From Pristiophorus japonicus (taxonomy: Eukaryota): DNA of 64,000 bases. Position 1 is the stretch's first letter. Every line of letters starts with the position of its first letter. The stretch lies in assembly GCF_044704955.1 (NCBI RefSeq), contig NC_091984.1:143964001-144028000 (forward strand), read 5' to 3'. The notes beneath the pieces are model-generated. The model was not told where the DNA came from, made no database searches, and saw nothing but the letters and a program-made list of their open reading frames with translations. Made by a program: the position numbers and the translations under genes. Shown in pieces: positions 12,730-22,699 of this stretch.

Positions 12730-13200
12730 GTGAGGGGGGGGGGAGAGAGGAGGGGAAGTGAGGGGGAGGGGGGAAGAGAGGAGGGGGAGTGAGGGGGAGG
12801 GGGGTGAGAGAGGAGGGGGGGGAGGAGATGGGGGAGAGACGAGGGGGAGAGAGGCGGGGGAGGGAGGGAAGGGAGGGAGTGGAGGGGGGAGGGGAAGGGG
12901 GAAAGGGGAGGAGGAGGGGGGANNNNNNNNNNNNNNNNNNNNNNNNNNNNNNNNNNNNNNNNNNNNNNNNNNNNNNNNNNNNNNNNNNNNNNNNNNNNNN
13001 NNNNNNNNNNNNNNNNNNNNNNNNNNNNNNNNNNNNNNNNNNNNNNNNNNNNNNNNNNNNNNNNNNNNNNNNNNNNNNNNNNNNNNNNNNNNNNNNNNNN
13101 NNNNNNNNNNNNGGGGGAGAGGGAGAGGGGGGGAGAGGGAGAGGGAGGGGGGAGAGCGGGGGGGAGAGGGTGGGCCGAGCGTCGGCGGAGGGAGGGAGGG
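12730..13200. other. G/A-rich low-complexity tract containing an assembly gap (N run 12923-13112)
   Basis: Directly visible. Confidence 0.98.
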
Positions 13201-13519
13201 TGGCATGAGCGTCTCCGGGGGGAGGGAGGGTAGGAGGGCCGAGCGTCGGCGGGGTAGGGAGGCACGAACGTCACCGGGAGGAAGCCTGTACGTGAGGGCG
13301 AGGCGTGAAGTTCGGGCCCAAACCTGTGGATGGAGGGGGTTGAGGCTCACAGCCGTTGAGATCACCGGGGATTGTTCGGAGAAGCTGAGTCGGCCAATGG
13401 GGAGTGAGAAATGAGAAGCGTGGGTCCAGCTGGATGGACATGGCAGCAGGCAGGTCGACCTGGAAGGTAGGCTGAGTATGGGGGATGGACAGTGGGACCT
13501 TGTGCACGGGATTTTAGGG

Positions 13520-14855
13520 CTTTAGGGGTAGGTAAAATACTTTCACCGCAGTCAAGTCCACCAAAGGCCCAAGGCCCCACCCCACTGCTGGCCAAGAACA
13601 GGGAGACACTCACCAAGGACACCAAGGCAGTCAGGACTCACTGGAAGGAGCACTTTGAAGATCTCCTTAATTGAGACTCAGCCTTAGACACGAGTGTCCT
13701 CGGCTCCATTCGCAGCATGCTACCCGCGACCTTCCCAGTGAAATCCCAGCCCTGCACGAGGTTGAAACATAGAAACATTGAAAATAGGTGCAGGAGTAGG
13801 CAATTTGGCCCTTTGAGCCTGCACCACCATTCAATAAGATCATGGCTGATCATTCACCTCAGTACCCCTTTCCTGCTTTCTCTCCATACCCATTGATCCC
13901 TTTGGCTGTAAGGGCCATATCTAACACCCTCTTGAATATATCCAATGAACTGGTATCAACAACTCTCTGCGGCAGGGAATTCGACAGGTTAACAACTCTC
14001 TGAGTGAAGAAGTTTCTCCTCATCTCAGCCCGAAATGGCCTACCCCCTATCCTGACTGTGTCCCCTGGTTCTGGACTTCCCTAACATTGGGAACATTCTT
14101 CCCTGTCCCGTCCCGTCAGAATCTTAAATGTTTCTATGAGATCCCCTCTCATCCTTCTAAACTCCAGTGTATAAAGTCCCAGTTGATCCAGTCTCCCCTC
14201 ATATGTCATTTGTCAGCTCAAGAACAACAATGCATCGGGAGCAGATGGAATCGCTGCTGAGGCATTAAAGTATGGCAGAGAGGCACTATTGGCACAAATG
14301 CATAACCTCACCTCTCTCATCTGGAGGGAGGAGAGCATGCCGGGAGATATCCGAGATGCAGTAATCCTGATCCATCTTTGAAAAAGGGGACAAGTCCGAC
14401 TGCGGCAACCGCAGAGGAATCTCCCTGTTATCAGCCACTGGGAAAGTCATCGCGAGAATCCTCCTCAACCGTCTTCTCCCTGTGGTTGAGGAGCTCCTGT
14501 CGGAGTCACAATGCGGATTCCGTCCACTACGGGATACAACGGACATGATATTTACGACGCGACAACTGCAAGAGAAAAGCAGGGAACAGCACCAACCTTG
14601 TCCATGGCCTTCTTTGACCTTATAATGGCCTTTGACACTGTTAACCACAAGGGTCTGTGGAGCGTCGTCCTCCGTTTCGGCTGCCCCCAAAAGTTTGTCG
14701 CCATTCTCAGTCTGCTCCACGATGACATGCAGGCTGTGATCCTGACCAATGGATCCATCATAGACCCAATCCACGTCCGGACCTGGATCAAGCATGGCTG
14801 CGTCATCGCGCAAACTCTCTTCTCGATTTTCCTCACTGCAATGCTCCACCTCACA
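13520..14855 (+). mobile_element. RTE-clade LINE RT fragment with nested CR1 3' end (about 13765-14205, minus)
   Basis: HWKEHFEDLLN, MAFFDLIMAFDTVNH, GCPQKFV, KHGCVIAQTLF. Confidence 0.85.
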
Positions 14856-15036
14856 CTATTGGGGGACCAATAGGAAGGGGCCATGTTTCGTGGTCCCTAC
14901 AGGAAGGCCAATACAGGAATGAGCCATGTTTCTTGGTCCATATTGGGGAACCAATAGGAAGGATCTATGTTTCCTGGTCCCTATTGGGGGACCAATCGGA
15001 AGGAGCCATTTTTCCTGGTCCCTATTGGAGGACCAG
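14856..15036. repeat. About 41-bp tandem repeat, 4+ copies
   Basis: Unit ctattgggggaccaataggaaggggccatgtttcgtggtcc near 14856, 14897, 14940, 14981, 15022 (partial). Confidence 0.85.
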
Positions 15037-15659
15037 TGGGACATGGAGTCCATGGTCGACGTTGAGTGCGACCCTTCCTGTTGTAAATGTGGGATCGTTG
15101 GCACATGATCCCAGTAAAAACACCCTGACCCGTAGCGGGGCCATGGAAGGAGAAGCAGAGGGGAAGGGATTCGAAGATGTTCTGAGCGGAGAGGTTGGGG
15201 CAGTGGATCAGACCCTGTCCAGTCGCTTCAGCTCACACTGATGGGGTGAGGATCTCCTTGCTCTGCTGGGCCTTCATGAAATGTGCTTTCTGTCCAAACC
15301 GGTCCCCACTGAGAAGAGGCCCACAGCACAGAACGGCTCTTAATTGGGCAATAAGCAGCCAGTGTAATGAGAGAGGCCAAGGGATGGCCATTGTGGAGAA
15401 TAGGCCCTGACTCCAGGAGAAGGCATGGTCTGGGGTCAAGGGTTAATTGCTGGGGCAGGGCACAGGGAGGTTTACTCTGCAGTTCAGTGTGCTGCACCTG
15501 GGAGTCTGTGGGGGAGGGACAGGGAGCGAGAGAGAGGCTGTGAATCAGAGTCAGAGAGGTGTAGAGGGAAGCTGTGAGACAGAGGGCGATGAAGGCTGAG
15601 ACAGACAGACAGACAGAGAGACAGAGACAGGGAGATGGAGTGCGGGAGGGAGAGAAGAG

Positions 15660-15756
15660 GAGGAAGTGAAATGTGCTGACGTTGCTTTCTCTGGGTGAAG
15701 ATATTTACATACTGAGGGATGGGCAGTGAGGCTCTCACAGGCTGCAGGTTTATAAA
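15660..15756 (+). promoter_or_regulatory. Ig light-chain V promoter
   Basis: GAGGAAGTGAAA (PU.1/Ets-IRF composite, 15660-15671), TGACGT (15677), octamer variant ATTTACAT (15703-15710), TATAAA (15751-15756), 60 nt before the leader ATG. Confidence 0.8.
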
Positions 15757-15815
15757 GCAGAGCCCAGTGAAGGGCAGTTTATCAGTAAGCAGGCACAGGG
15801 ACAGGAGCAGAGACC

Positions 15816-15864
15816 ATGATTTCACCCATCCAGCTGATCTGGCCTCTGGCATTCTGCGTCGCAG
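15816..15864 (+). CDS. IGKV: Ig kappa-type light chain leader exon (MISPIQLIWPLAFCVA-G)
   Basis: accATG, 16 codons + 1 nt, GT donor at 15865; 180-nt phase-1 intron splices in frame to V. Confidence 0.95.
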
Positions 15865-16044
15865 GTACCAATCTCTCTCCTTCCATGTTTAATATCTCCC
15901 TGCTGTCGATTCTTTCCAACTCTACTGACCAGTGATTGAAGGGCAAATGCTGACACTAGAGGAGAGCTCAGTGTCTCGAGCAATCTCTCATTTTACAGCG
16001 TCTTTCTGTGACAGTGCTTACTTCAATTTTTTTCCCCATTTCAG

Positions 16045-16342
16045 GTATCAGTGGGGACATCATCATGACCCAGTCTCCCCCGGTGCTGTCAGTGAGTGAG
16101 GGACAGACTGCAACCATCACCTGTACTGCCAGTGCATACATTGGTGTTGCCCTTGCTTGGTACCAGCAGAAAGCCGGGCAGAAACCCTCTCTGCTGATCT
16201 ATGCGGCAACATCTCGTTTCACTGGAACCTCCAATCGCTTCACCGGCAGTTACCAGTCCAACACGTTCACCCTGAGCATCAGCAACGTGCAGAGCGAGGA
16301 TGTCGCAAACTATTACTGTCAGCAAGGGGAAAGCTCCCTCTA
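16045..16342 (+). CDS. IGKV: Ig kappa-type (NS4-like) V segment, unrearranged
   Basis: Pyrimidine tract + AG at 16043-44; (G)[16 protein letters not shown]...ITC...WYQQ...LLIY...[10 protein letters not shown]; both Cys and Trp intact, no stops. Confidence 0.97.
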
Positions 16343-16370
16343 CACTGTGATACACAGCCGGACAAAAACC
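16343..16370 (+). other. 12-bp-spacer recombination signal sequence of V
   Basis: CACTGTG (16343-49), 12 nt, ACAAAAACC (16362-70). V-12/J-23 is the kappa arrangement. Confidence 0.97.
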
Positions 16371-16694
16371 TCAATATACACAGGCCCACCTCCTGTATTG
16401 ACTCACCCCACAGTTATATATAATATATAATAATGGACACACAGCCCCACCTCCTGTCTGGTTTTACACATGACTGACGCAGCTCGATGGGAGTGACGGC
16501 AGGAATATTCAGCTGGAAGCTGCAGTGAATTGGGAAAGGATGGAGTGGGTCAGAGAGGAGTTGGGGCTGTGTCTTCATCACTGACAATCTCACAGCTCTA
16601 CTCTGTACATTCAGACAGCACGGAGACACTGGGTGGTCCTGTGTGCTCAATCCAAATAATCTCACAAACCTCCCACTATTGAGAGGGCCACAAC

Positions 16695-17360
16695 TTATAA
16701 AACCCAAAGCATAAACATGAAAGGAAAGTGAACAAGTGAAATGTTCGTGCTCTTTCCCTGCCCACCCCACACTCCAGGCCCTGCGGTGCCCAGCCGTCGC
16801 AGAGGCCTCAGGCCTGTCCCCATGGCCAGCTGGATGTGGACAAAGCATCTGAAGGGAGGGAGACAGGCAGACAGTGCAATCACCCCATGGGCCCTGTGGA
16901 TGGCCACCTTGGCCCGATCCAGGAGCAGGCCCACGGGGAGGCCCTTCGACCTGTCCGATTCCCCTACACCGCGTGACCAGGCCCAGGAGCGTGGGACTGA
17001 AGTGGAGCCAGAAATCGAGGAGCAGCCCCTTCAAATAGTGGAAGAGGGGCTGCATCCTCTCACACTCCACGTACACACGGGTCACGGACTGAGGAAACAG
17101 GTTTCTAAAGCCCCTGAAACTCGTTATTTTATAATGATCCCGAGGAAGGCCTGTGTCAGCAACACAAACATCTCGCTTGCAGACGGAGCCCGTTGTTCAA
17201 GGGGCACAAAGAGGTGAGCCCTATGTGATGGGGACTTTCATTCTCCAGCAATTCCGTGGCCCCAGGGTTACCGTCTGATAGGGCGGGAAGGGCAGCTGGG
17301 AGATTTCTCCCAAACACGTCGGATCCCCAACTCTCCCGGGCACTGCCACAGGAAACTCGT
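16695..17360 (-). mobile_element. Tx1/L1-like LINE 3' fragment in the V-J interval
   Basis: VYVECERMQPLFHYLKGLLLDFWLHFSPTLL, GLLLDRAKVAIH resemble the Tx1 ORF2 C-terminus; related to 5690-5950. Confidence 0.7.
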
Positions 17361-17364
17361 CACA

Positions 17365-17625
17365 GAGAGAGAGGGAGGGAGTGAGTGAGGGACAGGGAAA
17401 GAGAGTGAGTGAGGGACGGAGTGAGGCAGAGTGAGTGAGTGAGTGAGGGAGGTGGAGGGGAGAGGGAGGGAGTGAGAGAGGCAATCAGAGAGAGAAACAG
17501 AATGAGAGAGAGAGAGAAAAAGTGAGGGAGAGTGAGACACTGAAAAAGACACAGACACACACACACAGACACAGACACAGACACTCACACACAGACAGAA
17601 AGAGGGGGAGAGAGACTGAGTGAGC
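17365..17625. repeat. GA/GAGT/CA microsatellite tract before J RSS
   Basis: Directly visible; a similar GA/GACA tract precedes the V promoter (about 15510-15660). Confidence 0.9.
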
Positions 17626-17635
17626 CAGGGACGGA

Positions 17636-17674
17636 GGATATTGTACAGCCGCTGCACTGGAAGCTGTCACTGTG
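17636..17674 (-). other. 23-bp-spacer recombination signal sequence of J
   Basis: GGATATTGT (17636-44; 7/9 to GGTTTTTGT), 23 nt, CACTGTG (17668-74). Confidence 0.92.
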
Positions 17675-17709
17675 GCTCACGTTCAGTAAAGGAACCAAGC
17701 TCAGACTGA
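17675..17709 (+). CDS. IGKJ: Ig light chain J segment (LTFSKGTKLRL)
   Basis: Follows RSS; F-x-K-G-T-K-L motif; phase-1 donor GTAAGT at 17710. Confidence 0.93.
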
Positions 17710-17829
17710 GTAAGTAAACCCCAATGTTCCATTATTAACACTTTAAATACTGAATCTTTCTAAGACACAAATGCTGAATATGCGAAGGTGTTAGTTTACA
17801 AATGATTACACTCGATCCTCCCGTCTTTC

Positions 17830-18230
17830 CTCATCTAAATCTATCAGCATAACCCTCTATTCCTTTCTCCCTCATATCCCTGTCTAGCCTCCCCTTAAAT
17901 ACATTGATACTATTCACTTCAATCACTCCCTGTGGTAGCCAGTTCCACATTCTCACCACTTGCTGGGTAAAGAATTTTCTCCTGAATTCCCAATTGGATT
18001 TCTTGCTGACTATCTCATATTGATGGCCTCTAGTTCTGCTCTTCCCCACAAGTGGAAACACTCTCTCTGTATCCACTCTATCAAAACCTTTCCGAATGTT
18101 AAAGACCTCGATCAGGTCACCCCTCAGCCTCAAGAGAAAAGAGCCCCAGCCTGTTCATCCTTTCCTGATATGTGTACACTCGCCTTTCTGGTCCCATCCT
18201 TGTAAACCTTCTCTGCACCCTCTCCAGTGC
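17830..18230 (-). mobile_element. CR1 3' fragment
   Basis: RLRGDLIEVF, FFTQQVVRMWN. Confidence 0.85.
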
Positions 18231-18794
18231 CTGTGTATGGGTTATATAATATGGTGGGGAGCTGCGGTGAATGAAAGGGTTAATTGAAGAGTGCTGTGTA
18301 TGACAGGGAGCCCAGCTGTATTCCTTTACCCACACTCCCCCTTCACCCAGCAAAGTATAAGTAACGAACTGTTACCCACCGTATGGAGGAGATCTGGACG
18401 TTGGCACACTGCGGTCCCATCCCTGCACCATCCCCGGAAATCGCTCCCAAGCCTCCTGCCTGTCTCAGTGTGACAGACACGGTGTGTGAGACACGGGCAG
18501 AGTGTGGGTGTGAGTGAGTGAGCTCGCTGGGGGCAGTCTGTGCTCCTGTCACAGTCTCTGATATAACTGAGCTCAGCCTCAGCACACTGACACTCCCGAG
18601 GTCCTGCCTCCCCCAGCTCCAACTCTGATCTTTCCAGCCCCCGCTCACCTCCTGTCCAACTTCTGATCGCAAACAGGGGCAGCAGGGCTCGCAATCCGGC
18701 GGCTGCAGTGCTCCAGGGTTGTGGGGAGACTCTCAGTTGCGGTTTCTGTGGCTCGAGTTCAGGCCGATATTTATCCCTCAACCTACATCGCTTA

Positions 18795-20515
18795 AACATA
18801 AAAACATAGAAAATAGGAGCAGTAGTAGGCCATTCGGCCCTTCGAGTCTGCACCACCATTCAATATAATCATGGCTGTTCCTCTATCTCAACACCATATT
18901 CCCGCTTTTTCCCCATACCCCTTGATGCCTTTTTGTTTCTAGAAATCCATCTATCTGCCTCTTAAATATATTCAGTGACTTGGCCTCCACAGCCTTCTGT
19001 GGTAGAGAATTCCACAGGTTCACCACCCTCTGAGTGAAGACATTTCTCCTCATCTCATTTGTAAATTTCCTACCTCGTATCCTGAGACTGTGACTCCTTG
19101 TTCTAGACTTCCCAGCCCGGGAAACCATCCTCCCCACATCCAGTCTGTCCAAACCAGTTAGAATTTTATACGTTTCAATGAGATCATCTCTCACTCTTCT
19201 AAACTCTAGTGTATACAGACCTAATCGATCCAATCTCTCGTCATACGACAGTCCTGCCCATCTCAGGAATCAGTCTGGTGAACCTTCGCTGCACTCCGTC
19301 TATGGCAAGTATATCCTTTCTTAGGTAAGTAGACCAAAACTGTACACAATACTCCAGGTGCGGTATCACCAAGGCCCTGTCATAAGACATCCTTGCTCCT
19401 GTACTCAAATCCTCTTGCAATGAAGGCCAACATACTATTTGCCTTCTTAACTGCTTGTTGCACCTGTATGTTTGCTTTCACTGACTGGTGTACAAGGACA
19501 CCCAGGTCCCTCTGTCCATCGACACTTCCCAAGTTATCACCATTTAAATAATACTTTGTCCTTATGTTTTTACTACCAAAGTGAGTAACTTCACATTTAT
19601 CCACAATATGTTACATCTGCCATGTGTTTGCTCACTCACTCAACCTATCTAAATCGCCTTGCAGTGTCTTTGCATCCTCCACACAACTCACAATCCCACC
19701 TAATTTTGTGTCGTCAGCAGACTTGGAAATATAACATTTGGTTCCCTCATCCAAATCATTTATTTATATATATATATATATTGTAATAGCTGGGGCCCAA
19801 GCACTGATCCCTGTGGTACCCCACTCGTCACTGCCCGCCACCCTGAAACACACCCATTTATTCCGACTGTTTCCTGTCAGTTAACCAATTTTCAATCCAT
19901 GCCAATGCGTTACCCACAATCCTATGTGCTTTAATTTTGCACACTAACCTCTTATGTGGGATTTTTATCAAAGGGCTTCTGAAAATCCAAATACACTACA
20001 TCCACTGGTTATCCCTTATCTATTCTGTTAGTTGCATCCTCCAAAAACTCCAATAGATTTGTCAAACGTGAATTTCCTTTCATAAATCCATGTTGATTTT
20101 GTTTAATCCCGTTGATATTATCTAAGTGTGCCGTTATCACATCCTTTATAATAGACTCTAGCATCTTCCCTACTACTGATGTCAGGATAACCGGTCTGTA
20201 ATTCCCCGTTTTCTCTCTCCCTCCTTTTTTTAAGTAGTGGGGTTACATTTGCCACCCTACAATCTGCAGGAACTGTTCCATAATCTATAGAATTTTGAAA
20301 GATGACAACCAATGCATCTACTATTTCCATGGCTACCTCATTTTTAGTAGTCTGGGATGCAGATCATCAGGCCTTGGGGATTTATCGGCCTTCAGTCCCA
20401 TTAGTTTCTCCAGCTCTATTTTGTTACGAAAAATCGTTTCCTTTAATTCCTCTTGCTCACTAGACCTTAGGTTCCCTCGCATTTCTTGGATGTTATTTGT
20501 GTCCTCTTCCATGAA
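18795..20515 (-). mobile_element. CR1 LINE ORF2, degraded
   Basis: ORFs 18883-19233, 19380-19604, 20118-20330; aaacatag-type tail. Confidence 0.9.
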
Positions 20516-20779
20516 GAGGTCATTCAACCCATTGCTGTGTGTGAGAGCTTGCTGTGCACAAATTGGTTGCCGTGTTTCCCACATTACAACAGTGACTACA
20601 CTTAAAAATGTACTTCATTGGCTGTGAAGCACTTTGGGACCTCCTCAGGTATGAAAGGTGCAATATAATTGCAGGTCTTTCTTTAATTTGGCTTTTCTTT
20701 TTATTAACTGGGACTCGCACAATTCCCCTGCTGATTAAACCTGGACCCAGCAGAAAATCCCCAGAACACGGACTAATGT

Positions 20780-22495
20780 TCCATAAGAACATTAGGAGCA
20801 GGAGGAGGCCATTCGGCCCCTTGAGCCTGCTCTGCCATTCAATAAGATCATGGCTGATCATTCCCTCAGCACCCCTTTCCTGCTTTCTCTCCATACCCCT
20901 TGATCCCCTTAGCCATAAGGGCCATATCTAACTCCCTCTTGAATATATCTAATGAACTGGCATCAACAAATCTCTGCGGCAGGGAATTCCACAGGTTAAC
21001 AACTCTCTGAATGAAGAAGTTTCTCCTCAGCGCAGTCCTAAATGGCCTACCCCTTATCCTAAGACTGTGTCCCCTTGTTCTGGACTTCCCCAACATCAGG
21101 AACATTCTTCCTGCATCTATCCTGTCCAGTCCCATCAGAATTTTACATGTTTTTGTGAGATTCCCTCTTATCCTTCTAAACTCCAGTGAATAAAAGCCCA
21201 GTTGATCCAGTCTCTCCTCATATGACAGCCCAGCCATCCCTTGAATCAGTCTGGTGAACCTTCGCTGCACTCTGTCAATAGCAAAAACATCCTTCCTCAG
21301 TCTAGGAGACCAAGACTGAACACAATATTCCAGGTGAGGTCTCACTAAGGCCCTGTACAGCTGCATTAAGACCTCTCTGCTTCTATATTCAAATCCCCAA
21401 ACTATGAAGGCCAACATACCACTTGCCTTCTTTACCGCCTGCTGTACCCGCATGCCAACTTTCAGTGACTGATGAACCATGACACCCAGGTCTCATTGCA
21501 ACTCACCTTTTCCTAGTTTGCTGCCATTCAGATAATATTCCGACTTTGTGTTTTTGCCTCCAAATTGGATAACCTCACATTTATCCACATTATACTGCAT
21601 CTGCCATGTATTTGCCCACTCACCTAACCTGTCCAAGTCACCCTGCTGCCTTTTAGCGTCCTCCACACAGCTCACACCGCCACCCAGTTTAGTGTCATCC
21701 ACAAACTTGGAGATATTACACTCTATTCCTTCATCTCATTCGTTAATGTACATTGTAAAGAGCTGGGGTCCCAGCACTGAGCCCTGCGGCACTCCACTAG
21801 TCACTGCCTGCCATTCTGAAAAGGACCCGTTTATCCTGACTCTCTGCTTCCTGTCTGCCAACCAGTTCCCTATCCATGTCAGTATATTACCCCCAATACC
21901 ATGTGCTTTGATTTTGCACACCAATCCCTTGTGTGGGACCTTGTCAAAAGACTTTTGAAAGTCCAAATACACCACATCCACTGGTTCTCCCTTGTCCACT
22001 CTGCTCGTTACATCCTTGAAAAATTCCAGAAGATTCGTCAAGCATGATTTCCCTTTCATAAATCCATGCTGACTTGGTCTGATCCTGTCACTGCTTTCCA
22101 AATGTGCTGCGATTTGATCCTTAATGATTGATTCCAACATTTTCCCCACGACTGATGTAGGGCTAATGGGTCTATAATTACCCATTTTCTCTTTCCCTCC
22201 TTTTTAAAAAAAGTGGTGTTACATTAGCTACCCTCCAGTCCATAGGAACTGATCCAGAGTCGATAGACTGTTGGAAAATGATCACCAATGCATCCACTAT
22301 TTCTAGGGCCACTTCCTTGAGTACTCTGGGATGCAGACTATCAGGCCCCTGGAATTTATCGGCCTTCAATCCCATCAATTTCCCTAATACAATTTCCCAC
22401 CTAATAAGGATATCCTTCAGTTCCTCCTTCTCACTAGACCCAGTGTCTCCTAGTACCTTCGGAAGGTTATTTGTATATTTCTTCATGAAGACAGT
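20780..22495 (-). mobile_element. CR1 LINE ORF2 (RT to 3' end)
   Basis: ORFs 20866-21480, 21493-21702, 21736-22185. Confidence 0.92.
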
Positions 22496-22699
22496 ACCGC
22501 GGAGGGGAGGGTTCTCAGGGGACCAGGGTGGCGGTCGCTGAGTGGGCTCGGGGACCAGGGCACCAGCCAGTTTCCACTCTGCACACACTCTGTTCCCTCT
22601 GTGTCTCAGTCCAGTGTTGCAGTGAGGAGTTTAGGATCTGAGGCTCAGGCTGGTTCTCCGGCACCAACAGCGCCCTGTTGGGTAAGGGTATTAAAGGTT

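Noticed and set aside
12666-13414. ORFs spanning the N run
   Set aside because: Artefacts of gap and low-complexity sequence.
16343-16430. ORF-track extension of V beyond the RSS and start at 16008
   Set aside because: Read-through into intron and RSS; true exon is 16045-16342.
17245-17282. Possible second J (ttccgtggcccagggttaccgtctg)
   Set aside because: Out of frame, no RSS or splice donor, lies within the Tx1-like insert.
22660-22685. CTCF-like cagcgccctgttgg
   Set aside because: Core spacing is short by two bases relative to consensus.
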